Shown in pieces: positions 23,814 to 37,300 of a stretch of 64,000 nt of DNA (within the stretch, counting starts at the first letter, position 1; every line of letters starts with the position of its first letter). The notes under the pieces were generated by a model. It was not told where the DNA came from. It did not search any database and was given only the letters and a program-made list of their open reading frames with translations. The position numbers and the translations under genes were made by a program. The DNA lies in contig NW_003314262.1 of NCBI RefSeq assembly GCF_000143415.4, forward strand, positions 1,663,960-1,727,959. The letters are read 5' to 3'. The stretch comes from Selaginella moellendorffii (lineage: Eukaryota; Plantae; Lycopodiophyta).

Positions 23814-25029
23814 AAAATTCATCTTGAGAATACAATCTAGAGATACCAAAAGATTACATTCTTGTAGATCTCGGCCATCCTAAAAGACGCTTCATGAATA
23901 TGACAACTCGAGTCCAAACAATGGTATTGAAAAATTATAGCCACTAATGTTTATAAATCCAAGTGAGAAATGTGCGGTGTTTAGGGGCAAAGAAGAGTTG
24001 GAGCATCCGGTCTTGAATCTAGAAGAAAAGCCAAGAAGATGGGGACGAAGTATGAAGAGGAGGCAAAGTAGCTTACAATTGCAGAGGTTTTTGCTTTTTC
24101 CTTCTCAAGCGAAGTTCCCGAGGCAAAGAACTGGCATTCTAAACGATGAAGACGATGAAGAGTCAGAGGAGAACAATAAAATCGAGTGGAGGAAAGGTAA
24201 AAGGGACGAAGTAAATATCTTTGGTTCTCCATGTTTTAGAAAATCGCCTACTTGTAGATTCAATCTAGCATGCAGAAGGTTCTGCATTGGAGGACGCGGA
24301 AGCCCGGTAAATGCAGAAGAAGCTGGCTGAAAGTCTTCGCCCGGAGGATTTTCACCAGGGAATGGAAGAAAACGTGGGGAAGCTGACACTTTAGAGGTGA
24401 AGGTACATTTCTTTTCGTTTCTCTCATGCTTATTTTACTACAGCCTCTGACTGGAGAAGGTTAAAAAAGACCTCAATTCCTTGTCTAAGGACAAGCACTG
24501 ATGAGGTAAGTATCTATAGTTGTAATGGAAAAGTTTATTTTGGTACATGTTGCAGCAACGCTCCATTGTAAAAGCAACATTTTATTTGTTTCTAATGATT
24601 GAAATCAGGAAAGTTGAGAAGTCTTACGCGGAGGTTAAGCACATGGTTCTGTTAAGCTCCTGTCAATCAATCGTTTTCTATCTTCTTTTAAAGGCTGAAG
24701 GTATGTGACCATCCAGAAATTGCAAGGCTAAGTACGCTGCTTGATAAGGACTTCTTTTCGTCCAGAGCTTTTTATATCTTACCTGCTTTAGACAAGAAAC
24801 TACAACCACAAATTGTCCTGAATCGAGGGGAACCTCCTGAAGATTGACAAAAAGGAAGACCATAAGCGGTTTCAAGATGAGTTCTATAGAGAAGCAAACT
24901 TGCCAAAAAAGCTAGCCGAAGTTTCAAAGTAAGTTCGGCTGTTGCAGATGCTTACAGCAAGATTTCTGGACTTATTTTTTTTGCAGGTGTTCCCAAAATC
25001 CGGAAACTTGGTCGTACGAGAGGATCATT

Positions 25030-25600
25030 GCCGATGCATATAAACTCCAAGAGCGGTTTTGTCAGCAAGTGGCGTGAATCACTAACTTGGAAGCCCGTCC
25101 TCTGGAGCCCTTTCACCATCAGCAAAAGCTTTTTGAACAGGAGACGAGGGCAGGACAGTCCCAGCCGAGAGTGGTTAGCTATCCCTCAGCTCCGGATCAT
25201 GGTTTGTCCTTTCAACGGCCACGCTTGACAATTCAGACGAGCATTAGGGTTTTGGGGAGGCGTCATGCGGGGTCATGAGAGTCTCACAGTGTACGTAGCT
25301 TACAAACTCATTGCAGTGGAGAGAGGCCTTGAACAAACTTGTGCCTTTGCTGTATCAACACAAGGTGGATGACATAGAGAACAACCTCGAGTCCTCTTCC
25401 TCTACCACCCAGAGTAGGACGGAGGAGGCACTCGCCAGTACAGGGGACCACCCCCTCACACAGGCCAGAGTGTTCGTGCCCTTCATACGAAAATGGCCAG
25501 ACAGGTGATATCCTTCTGACTGCATCAGCTATAACCAGCACATTGTGGAGCTTCACGGTGATCTGATGAGCAGGTGGCGGGCCATGGGACAGAGCATGGT
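25030..25600 (+). pseudogene. Mosaic pseudogene fragment: 25050-25200 is paralogous to 22537-22760, and 25311-25590 is paralogous to the reverse complement of 14100-14360
   Basis: Shared strings gagcggttttgt, caggagacgagggcag and ggacagtcccagcc. QWREALNKLVPLLYQH...QARVFVPFI compares with QWKGALNKLGLLLYEH...QAKVFVPFI. Confidence 0.7.
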
Positions 25601-26456
25601 ACCAATCATGGTAGATTTCTCAAGCATGAATGACTGGCTGCCCAAAGAGGACAATCCTTATAGTCTCGGTCAGCATGGCTCTACCAAATGACATCGGATT
25701 AACCTAAGAACCAGGCATGGAGAGCATTTGGGTTTTCTTAAATCAAACTCTGGCTTACTGTTTCTTAATTTCTGGAACTATGACTTGCTCGATGTAGATT
25801 TACAAGTCATATTGGAGAGAAGTTGTCAAAGGGATTCTTTGAGAAAAACTGGGAGTGTAGCCAATACATATAGTAAGTATATGACCAAGAACACAAAGTG
25901 GGGGAAGTTTTGGTATAGATTTTTGATTCATTTTTAGCAGTGCCATTGTGATGAAACACTTTCCTAGTGAGCATTACAAAATGAGTTGGTGATTTCATGG
26001 TGCTTTTTCTTTGTGATACTTATGATGGTCCTTCCTATTTTATTCATTTAGTTCATGCTAAACTCATTAGAGACACTGTCTATTTCAATTTTACTATTCA
26101 TTCAGGAGTAGTCTTGGCCTTTATCAACATAACCATCACACTCTAAAACTTTAATATTGACATCTCAAATCAATTTCTTAGATGTCTCCGACACTTTGCA
26201 TTGTACTGGTTATGAAAACCCCACTTCCCCATCTTAAGAAGTTCTTTACTAGAAAACACTATCATCCTTTATTTTATTTCATACCAACATTTGCATAAAG
26301 TTTCATTTATTTATAATTTGTGTTAGGATTATCCATGGATCTATCATTTGGCTATTTTACCACTCTATCTCCTTTGGAGTTTTTACCTTCCAAATTGGAG
26401 CATTTGGGAATCCATCTTTCGAAATATATGTCATTTCCCATAAGACGTTAGTATTT

Positions 26457-29400
26457 TGTAAGTGACTAAATTTTTTCATTCTATTGTAGTCACTTAACCA
26501 CACCTCTAACCACTTAAAGAAGCCTCATTCACAACCTCCATAAGTCTAATTTAGGACTTGAGGTTTGCTAGCCTCAAGAATGGCATCTATGCCACTCAAC
26601 CTTGCACTTGGTCCAAGTGTTTCATATGTTCAATTCCATAACCGACACCCCAAAGTACCACCTACATACCAATTTACACTAAGGCCATGCCCATTCACCT
26701 TGGTCACACATGTGATCTAACACCACTTGTATCGCAATCCTGTCTCTCAAAGACTAAGCCATCCGTCCATGAGTGACTATCTTAGATCCACTCTTTAGCA
26801 TCCTTAAAATGCCCGCAGACATAGGGAACAACCTTCCCTAATATCCCTTTTACAGTCCCCATCAAGTCCTTTTTCTGTCCATGGCCGTGTTTGCCAATAT
26901 TGCCATTAGGACAAGGCACACATGCCTGACCACTAAGTCCCACTGTCCTTTGGGATTTCCTCACCACATGACCATATCCTTGGTCATTACATTAGAGGAC
27001 CACTCCTCTTCCTTTCCATAGTCTGGGATTTTGGAACAATATTTCGAAATATCGTAGCCCTATATGAGCCTCTCGGGTACTCTCCCCACCTTCTGCCTTT
27101 GGGTGCTCTAGCCATGGGCTTAGAGTGAGGTTCTGTTGAGCCACGTTAGGTATCCAAGTAAATAGTGCCACCCACGCTTGCACTGGGAGCATCGACCATT
27201 CAATCTCCTATCGGCTCTTGAACACTTCACTAAGCTACCCAGCTTGTCGATCCGTAGTTTGGCCCAAAAAGGCTATACCCAGATATTGGGTGATGAGCTA
27301 ACCATTGGGAAGTCCAAAACTAAAGTGAATAGCCTTTCCTAGCTAAACTGGCTCCATTGGGCTCTAACCCTCACACTCTTCCTACTATATTTTTGGAACC
27401 CCCTATGGCAAACCCCCTATGGTGAACCCCCTATGAACGGCATCACCCAAGATGCCTGGCATGACTCCCCATACTAGTGCACTAAATTATACTTAATATG
27501 CACTACAGATCATAGTTTAGAAACTTAATTCCTCCAAACTGTTAAGTCCTCTCACTTAACAAGTTTGTGATCATGCATGAACTCCTTCATGCTTGGCTTC
27601 ATGAGCCACCGCTTTTGAAGTCAACAATTAGGGTCTTTGTTCCCTTGACTTGCCAATCTCACTTAGCAAGTCACCTGACTAGTGTAATATGGTTTTATGC
27701 ATAAATGTATAAGTTATCGACCATCGACTTTTGTTCAAAGCCATATCTTTAAACACTCGGGAACTACTTCCCCCAACCTTGATAGCCTCGCCTCATGGTA
27801 AGTTTCAAAACCACGCTTCTGCTATGTTATTCTGATTTTGTGCATTCTTATAAATCATTTGCACTTATCTTTTTAGGTACTAACCTTTCTAGAATTTTCT
27901 TTGGGAACCTTGAAGAGACTCTATCCCTTAGCTTGATAAAGCCTTTCTTTTTGCAAACCTTCTAATTGTCATATGGTCTAATATGGACAATTTTGCATTT
28001 TACACTCTACATAACATTATGGTTGCTAATAGTAGCATTTTCAAGCACTCACTTGATTCTTTACTCCCAACTTGCATAACCACCATTAGTTATGCCTTCT
28101 GCTTTATAAAGTTCAGTTCTATCCTTTTACTATTTGCTTTTGGCATCATACGTTTCTTTCGGTTATTCTCCTCCAGGCTAAGAGGATAGCTTTGCACTTT
28201 TTATCGTGCCTTAGCAAGTATTCTTAGGGTTGAATCTACCTGATAGCCTAAGGAGTGGTTCTTCAATTTGGGTATGCTCATCTTATATCCCACACACCAG
28301 GATTAACATTGTTATTTATGTGCTTTTATATGGCTGTCACTAGCCTTACCAAAATCCTTTTTGGATTTATTCAATTCAGATAGATGAACTTTTCCCGTCT
28401 CCACAACCTTAATATTAAATAGCACCTCATATCCATTATTTACTAAAAATTTAATCCCTTGGGCTTTATCTAATGCCTTCATGATATTAAACACCACTTC
28501 CTGGTGCTCTAGGATATTTAAGTGTGTCTTATTTGATAATGAGTATTTCTCTTTATGACATTGACTTACTATATCACAACATAAGCAATTTATCCCCCAA
28601 GGTATATATCTAACCTTTTTATCCCAATACGAAATCTTGGGTAGTTAACTTCTACCAATCAAATCAATTATGTTGCATCTTTTGCTTAGTTGCTTCATAA
28701 TTGTTAAGTTCTACAACTCATTGCTAATGCTTCCACACTTCCATCATTATTTAGGTCACCACACTTTAAATGTATGCCTTCTAACTTAGGCTATGCTATT
28801 CCTATTTCCATTAGGATTTCTTTGGCAAGGGGTTTTTATGAACCCACTAATTTGACCTCAAGGCATCACACTTTAGCATATTTGGTATCTCCACACCATC
28901 AATTCTATGAGCTTACCCTTACGACACTTTCCACTTGTGTTTAAGTATTTGCCAAGACTAAAGTAGTCATTTCTCATGCTAACTATCAATTAGCATTGCA
29001 CTATAGTGTTCACACGCAACTTTGAGTTAAAGTTACTTTCTTCCAAGAACACTTTTTTCACAACTTTAGTATGGTAAATTTTGCTATTAATGAAATACCC
29101 ATTATTTTCATATTTGGATCTTATGATTTTTTCTGTCCTTCATAGGGTATAACACACTTCAGTCCAAATGCTTCCACCAGTTTTTTAGGACCATTCCTTG
29201 ACTTTACTCGAGTCATCCAACTTTTTGGACTTTACAAATATATGACCTGTAAGGTCCTAGCCTCTTGGCCATTTTTGAGATGCCAGTTCACTAGAATACA
29301 TCTTCTTGTATTCATGTGTTACTCATAAGGATCATCTTTGTAAGTGTTACTCTGACACTTGATTATTTTCCATTCCCTATGGGCTACTTTTGCCTTTTAG

Positions 29401-30150
29401 GATTATTCATCCATATAATGAATATACCGACTCATCCTCTAAGTACACCTTAAATTCCTTGGGTTTGTTCTAACATTTATAAAAGATAGCCCCAACTACT
29501 ATTTCAAAGACTTGTGTCCTCATTTGTATTTGACCTTCCACAACTATTAATTTTTAGTCTCAAATTTATGAGCATCAGCTTCAATTATATAAGAATAATC
29601 TTGTGACTTTTTTATTGTTTTAGAATCTCTATTTTTCCCATGATCCCAACTATAGTTATTTATCACAACTACATTAACAAGTTTGCTAAGTTAAATGCTC
29701 ATCTGAATCACATTCTCAACTCTATGAGGAAAACCTTATATTGTTCCTAAGATCCCAAAGTCGTTCCCTTATTAGCCCTTTTTTATCCACCATATTGCCT
29801 ACAAGTGCACACATGGACTGTAATAGACAATTATATCCTCTTGACTTGCTACTCCTCAAGGATAGGCCCACTCTTAGGACCTTCTGATACCAACACAAGT
29901 GGTGATATACTTGACCACCAATAAAATTCAGATTAAAGAATAATTTCGATACCAAATTGTAAGTGGCTAATTTTTCCATTCTACTTAAGTCACTTAACCA
30001 TAACTTCGACCATATGGAGGAGTCTCACTCTCAACTTCTATAAGTTCTATTCTGGACTTGGGGACTTATTAGCCCCGAGAATGGCATTTATGCCATTTAA
30101 ACTTTGCACTTAGTCCAAGTGCTTTATATGTTCAATCCCATGATTGACAC
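26457..30150 (-). mobile_element. Old, deleted family A LTR element: LTR fragment 26457-~27410, internal ~27435-29957, LTR fragment 29958-~30150
   Basis: tgtaagtgactaa... LTR terminus as at 49394. Internal sequence is collinear with ~52735-55261. Degenerate minus-strand PBS (cgataccaa) at 29947-29955. Confidence 0.8.
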
Positions 30151-31333
30151 CTAATCCAAAAGTATAGTAGAGAGAGTGTGGGGGTTGGACTATAGTGGAA
30201 TCAATTTGGTTAAAAAAGGCTAGTATAGCCTAGGAAGGCTATACTCACGTATTAAGTGATAATATAACCATTGCGAAGTTCAAGGCTAGAGTGAATACAG
30301 ACAAACAAGCAAGGGGGCTTAGTGAAGTGTTCAAAAGCCGGCTCTAACTCCCCTAGGAGATCAAATGGTCGATGCTCCTAATCCAAGTGTGGGTACCACT
30401 ACCTACTTGGATATTTGGCATAGCTCATCAGAACCTTGCTCTAGCCACCTGGTTAGGGCACCTAAAGGCGGATGGTGGGAAGAGTACCCATGAGGCTTGT
30501 ATAGGGCTATAATATTTTGAAATGTCATCCCAGAGTCCTAGACTATGAAAAGAAGAAGAATAGTCCATTTTTGTGGTGATCAAAGATGCAGTCATACAGC
30601 GAAGAGGTCCTAGAGGTCATTGGGACATAGTGGTTGAGCTATAGGCCTTGACCCAGTGGCAATATTGGTGAATATGGCTATGGATGGAAAGGGACTTGAT
30701 AAGGACTAAAAAAGGGATATTAGGAAAGATTATTCCCCATGTCTACTGGCATTCTAAAGATGCTAAGGAGTGGATTTGGGATGATCACTCATGGATAGAT
30801 GGTTTAATCTTTGAGAGATGAGGCTATGATGTAGGTGGTGTTGGACCACTAGTATGACAAAGATGAATAGGCATAACTTTAGCATAAAGGGCTGATATGT
30901 TAGTGGTACTTTTGAGTATTGTTCATGGGATTGGACATGTGGAGCACTTGGACCAAATGCAAAAGTTAAGTGGCATAGATGTCATTCTTGAGGCTAGCAA
31001 GTCCTTAAGTTCAAAATAGGACTTATGGAGGCTAAGAGTGAGACTCTTCCATATGGTTGAAAGTGTGGTTAAGTGACTAAAGTAAAATGGAAAATTTAGA
31101 CGTTTACAATTTGGTATCTGAGTTGTTCCTTAGTCTGACTCTTATTGGCGACTAAGTATATCACCATTTGTATTGGAATTGGAAAGTCCTAGGTATGGAC
31201 CTATCCTCAAGGAGTAGCATGTCAAGAGGACATGGCTCTCCACTCGAGTTCATGCGTGAACTTGTGTGCAATGTGGTGGATGGAAAAGGGCCAGTAAGGG
31301 AACGACTTTGGGATCTTGGGAATAGTATAAGGG

Positions 31334-34300
31334 TGTAAGGAATCAACTCCCGGAGGTGTCATAGGCTGTCGCGAATGTGACTTTGGGTATCGAAAGTTAC
31401 CTGTCGACCAGTCCTTACGGACACTCTTACCTTACTGCCACGATGGCAGGAGGTCGGTATTGCTGGACCCTTTATTGGCCCCTCTTGTTCAAGTGTTAGT
31501 AAATTGGACTTAGCATCTGTACTTGGCCGGATGAGCATAAGGACGGAATTCCTAAGTGTTTATTTGGCCAAGCATACTTGGCCCGGCTTTTTAGTTCTCT
31601 TTTGCTCTGTCTTGCACTGGCTTGACAAGAACCCTCGCGTATTGAGATTGGTCCCTCAATATCGCTGGATGATAGCATACCGTGTTTGCCAAACACCCTC
31701 GCTATCATGCCCTTTGTGTTAGTCTCAATTCGTCCCAAATGCTATTTATGGAAAGTGTCCAGATTTGCTCATTTGGCATATTTACAGAATGTAGAGATCG
31801 GCTTGAACACAATGGTGTTCGTCTTGTGTCCAAATTCGCAATCTAAGGACATTCCATATTTAGTAAGTTTCGAGCTTGTCCCAGAGACTAACTTCTAATA
31901 CTAAGGGAGGCTTGGGGTGAAAGCCCAAAGCGTGTGTTCCTCAAGGGGGGGGGGGCTGTGGGGGGTTCCAAATGTATAGTAGGGATAGTGGGTAGGTCGG
32001 GCATGGCCGACCAACCTGAGGTATAGTTTAGCTCCCGCTTGCGTGCTTGTCCTTGTTGCGGGTAGGGCATATCACACTTTTGTAAGCTAGGTGACTCCCA
32101 GAGCAGCAGGGGTGGCTGACACCGTTGGTCATTTCCTTGTCGGCGACAGCCGGAAGGTGTCTGAGCTGGTAGCGCATCCGCGTTAAACAAAGAGGTTCCC
32201 CCTAACTCATTTAAGTTGGTGCATTTCTCACATAGTGTGAGTACCATGAACTTTTTATAGAGTTGTTTCCTTGGCGGTATTCTAGACTGGAGTATGCATC
32301 GACGAGGACGTCGATCTTCCCAAGGGGGGGAGAGTGTCGCGAATGTGACTTTGGGTATCGAAAGTTACCTGTCGACCAGTCCTTATGGACACTCTTACTT
32401 TACTGCCACGATGGCAGGAGGTCGGTATTGCTGGACCCTTTATTGGCCTCTTTTGTTCAAGTGTTAGTAAACTGGACTTAGCATCTGTACTTGGCCGGAT
32501 GAGCATAAGGACGGAATTCCTAAGTGTCTATTTGGCCAAGCATACTTGGCCCGGCTTTTTAGTTCTCTTTTGCTCTGTCTTGCACTGGCTTGACAAGAAC
32601 CCTCGCGTATTGAGATTGGTCCCTCAATATCGCTGGATGATAGCTTACCGTGTCTGCCAAACACCCTCGCTATCATGCCCTTTGTGTTAGTCTCAATTTG
32701 TCCTAAATGCTATTTATGGAAAGTGTCCAGATTTGCTCATTTGGCATATCTACGGATTGTAGAGATCGGTCTGAACACAATGGTGTTCGTCTTGTGTCCA
32801 AATTCGCAATCTAAGGACATTCCATATTTAGTAAGTTTCGAGCTTGTCCCAGAGACTAACTTCTAATACTAAGGGAGGCTTGGGATGAAAGCCCAAAGCG
32901 TGTGTTCCTCAAGGGGGGGGGGGCTGTGGGGGGTTCCAAATGTATAGTAGGGATAGTGGGTAGGTCGGGCATGGCCGACCAACCTGAGGTATAGTTTAGC
33001 TCCCGCTTGCGTGCTTGTCCTTGTTCTGCGTCCGGCTTGGGTCTAAGCCCAAGTTCCATTCCATGCTAGCTGGTGGAGTACCCATGTCCTCGCGTTAGGC
33101 CACCGGTATGCCGAAATAGCGCGAGACTCCGTTTGGCTCCGTTTTGCGTGCTGGTCCTGGTATTGGGATGCTGGTTGCTCTAGGACTGTTCCAAGTCGCT
33201 CCGGGCCCATGTCCCTTCGCTCCTTGGGCTGTATGCTCGGGAGTTGCTCCGTGGTCCGGTTCCATCACTCCTTGGCGTCACGCTTGCGAGTTTGGCACCG
33301 TTCCTTCGTTCAGTGGCCCAAGGCCCTGAACCTCGGGTTCCTATGGACACGTGGCATGGACACGTGGTATGTGACACATGGCATCTGTCACGTGGCACAA
33401 AGAGGGTTTAGGTTCCGCTTCGTGGTGTTATCCTATGGTAAATCACCATAGGATAAAGGGTCAAAACCACGTGCGCTACATTTGGTATCAGAGGATGAGT
33501 CTCGGCGAGAACTATCCAATGAGATTGGGCAACTAGTCTCGTTGCATACGCAGAGATGAAAACGATGATCCGAGTGGGTACACGTTTTGGTGCAAAGATT
33601 TCACATTGGTTCCTTGGGATAGGTTTTGGTTACCGTTTTGTATCGTATTATATGAGCTTGCTCTTGGGCTCATAAGAAGGATTGAGTTGTTCCAGTAGCA
33701 CGAGTTTGCGCTTGGGCTCATGAGTGAGGCACATTAGCAACTCAAGATTGCACTTTGAGTTGGCAGGATTAATGATAGCCTATCGGTGGTTCCATGAGTT
33801 GTTCCATGTACCATAGGTGCAAATAAACTTTCCCTAGGTTTGTTATGAGTGGCAAATAGGCTGGTCCGTAGCTGTTTAGCACGGCACTAGTGGATCCTTC
33901 CTAGGCATGATTATAATTGGATCAATCAAGACTGTAGGGATTAATTTATTGGTTCAAGTAATCATTGCCGTGCTCTCTTATAAACTTTTCTTGGATTGAA
34001 CTGAAGGCAGTGCGAAAGCAAGCTTGAGGTTTAGTCAAGATGAGGCCGGAAAGAGAGTCGTCAGGGACGAAGGATCAAATACGTAAATTATTTTCTCTTC
34101 TTGGAGAGATGATCTACAACGAGGTGTTAACTCATTGCTTGGGTTCACATCATGCAATCAAGAGTCCCTATCTTGATGCATGTTGGAGATGGTGGTCTTA
34201 CAATGGTGAGTTGTGGGATGGATAGCGGTGAAACGTTATACCATTTTGTCTAGGCTTGCTATGGAAGACTGGGGTTGCAATGCTCAATTCTTTTCCGGGG

Positions 34301-37300
34301 AACCTTGCTATTGCTCCTTGAGTAGCTTGGTGTTGGATTAGTGTTGAGTTTGGTCGGAAAGAGAGTGGCATGAGCTTGTTCGTGTTGTGAACAAAAGTTA
34401 GCGATGTTGGGTGTTGTAAATCTCTATTGGTGGAGTGTGGCATTTATGTTGCATTTTGTCGAATTGAGTTGGCACTTGATACTCACATAAACCTTTGAAG
34501 TAATGACATTGGCATTGCTCGTGGTGTTGCTCAATCAATGATCAAGTCATTGTGATTTCTATATCATATCCATGTGATAATGAGCAATGTGTTTACGAAG
34601 TTGCTTGGTTAAACGATGATCAACCCCAAAGTGGTTGATGGAGAAGCTAGTCTACTTGCACGAAGTAGCATTGTAGTAACTTTGACTGGATTCTCGATGG
34701 TGGTTCATTATGCTAAGCTTAAGTAGGTACCTTGTTTACTAGAGTTCACCCATTAAGATGTTGGAAAAGGGTTATAGCAGTCATTTGCTATGGCTTGTTG
34801 GTTGATCCGTTAGCACTTAGAGTAGATTGTTGAATGGAGAAGATGTATAGTTGGGGCATTGACATCACTAGCACTTGTGTTAGTGGAGGTGGCATTGTTA
34901 TTTCAAGTGATGAGGAAGTTTCCTTAGAGCTTGATTTTCCATGTCATTTTTCTTGTTAGTGTTTTGGCTTCACATTGGATCTTGAAGGTGGTTGAAGAAA
35001 AGTGTTAGTGCAATATGGATATCCGAAGATGTGGTCTTCGTGATCAAGCCTTGGATGTTCATTTTGCACTTTGCGGATGTCGGTGTTGGATATCGGTTAG
35101 ATGGGTAGAGATGTTCGAGGCTTAAGCATACTATGGGTCATGAGAATTTGTGTTGAGGTGAACCTATGTGAAGTTGTTGGTAGGAAGAAGTTGGTTGAGT
35201 CTTGAAAGTTTGCATTCCTAGACTGAGAGTTATTCTTTCTCTAGGATGGAAATTTTCCACAAATTTTCTTAGACTTTTCCAATGGCTGATCTATTGATCA
35301 TTTTGTCCGGAAACCATTCCATTTTCGAAAGCCAGTACAAACTAGTGAAGGGGTTGGAGTTGATTTCGGTTGGCTTAGATCTTAGTAGGTAGTTTGTATG
35401 ATGCGACCCGAAAGGGATGCTAACTTTTGGGGCTAAAACAATTGAGTTGGATAGAGTCTGGAGTTGGTGTAGAAAAGTGGTTGTTGCGCTTTTCTAAGAA
35501 AGGTGACCCTTGTACCTTTCTTTTGTAGCGTTATGCTTGGTGGTAGGTTGCACCTTGCATTACGTTAAACTCTATGAGAGTAGTGAGCTCTCACTAATCT
35601 TGACTTGGTCTTGGTAGCCCTGCGCCTTGGCTGAGGATGGTGATGTCCAACTTAGTTGTTTGAGGTTGAGATGTTAGTACTTGTACTATAGCTTTGTCTA
35701 TGAGGAGGTTGTGTACCGATATGAGTCCATCTCATGGTCTTCACTTTAGTTTCGACTGAGTGTTGATCACATAGCTAGCCTCTTCAAGGCATGCTCAGAG
35801 CTATTGGCTAAATGTTCTAGTGAGCTTATTGCGGTTGAATTGGATTTGAGTGGTCATTTAGTTTGTGCTTGTCTATGAACTTTTATCTCGTACCTGGGGT
35901 ATCACGTTCATATTGGGCAAGTATATAACTTGATAACAAGAGTTGGTGTTTGGGTCTTGTGAAGGCAAGTTGAGGAGTGATTGTTAGTTGCTTTGCAACT
36001 AGTGATTACTTGTAGACTTAGTCGAGGACTGTTGACACTTGCTTTGCTTGATGATGATTTAGCTGTGATGAGCTTACTTTACTGGATGGTGTTGCGGAGG
36101 ATCGTGTCATTAGACATACATGGGTTTTCCATGTTGGCATGTCAATTCCTTTGTCGATATCATTTGGCTACGTTTGGTCTATAGTGTTGGATTTCATTGA
36201 GTCTTGGATGTGGTGATTCACTCCTTGATGATGTGTTATCTGAAATTGAGTATTGCTAAAGGATTGGTCTCGGATACTAATTAAGTATCTTCGACTTTGG
36301 TTAGCTTGGTTGCTAGGAAGTTTTGGGTGGTGATTCACTCTTGCTTTCTTCTAGTTTTGTTCTGGTGTTGATGGCATTGAAGTGATGCCTTGTCATTGAC
36401 ATTGTTGATATTGAGGTAAAATGAAATGAGATATCTCTCCATAGGATTAATATTGAGTTTCATTAGTCTCGATGGAGATAGTGTTGATGGTTTGGTTGTA
36501 GCTTTATGTTGTTGGCATTTGTACAATTGCTAGTTAGCAACTGTGTTGATGTTCAAATGAACTGAGTGGCAAGTTGAGTTAGTTGTGTTCTAGACGAGAT
36601 TGTTTAGTAGGGGTTGAGCTTTAGCTTTTCCTTGAAAAGTGATTTAGTCGTGAACTATGCTAACTTCCTGAGAGGAAGAATTAGTGTTCGATATTAAACT
36701 ATTTGAGTCCTTATTGGATTTCAGTTGGGATATATCGATCATTGATGATTTTTCTTATGCTTGTTATGAGGTGAGTTACGTCTTGCTGTAGATAGATTCA
36801 TGGAGGATCGTTTAGTGATCACTTATTGGGCATAGCTCTATTGTGCTTAGCTTTTGGATTGATGCAGACATGCTCTTCATTAGCTTTAGCATTATGAAGT
36901 TTGGCTTATGGATGTGTTGAGGAAGATATTGTGAGTTGCATCACGATTTCTTCTTTCACATTAAAGTTAGCTTTTATGAGACTTGTGATCATTATTAGGC
37001 AAGACTTGGCTATAGGCTTCTTCAAGCTTTGGTTCTTTGAGTTTTATGCTCATTGTTCCATTTGTTAGAAGTTGTTGGGGGAAGGCATTTTTGGCTCTTT
37101 AGCTTTGATGTTGAAGTTAGTATTTGCATCTAGCAATCATTGGTGATGATTGACTATCATCTAGGATAATTGATTATCCATGTCAAAAAGTTTTGCTTGA
37201 TTATTGTTGGTATAGAATGGTTTGCCGTTCTTCGGGATGGTGGATTCCTTCTTAGACGATGATTATGCATCTCTTTATTGATGGAATGATTGATGATCTT

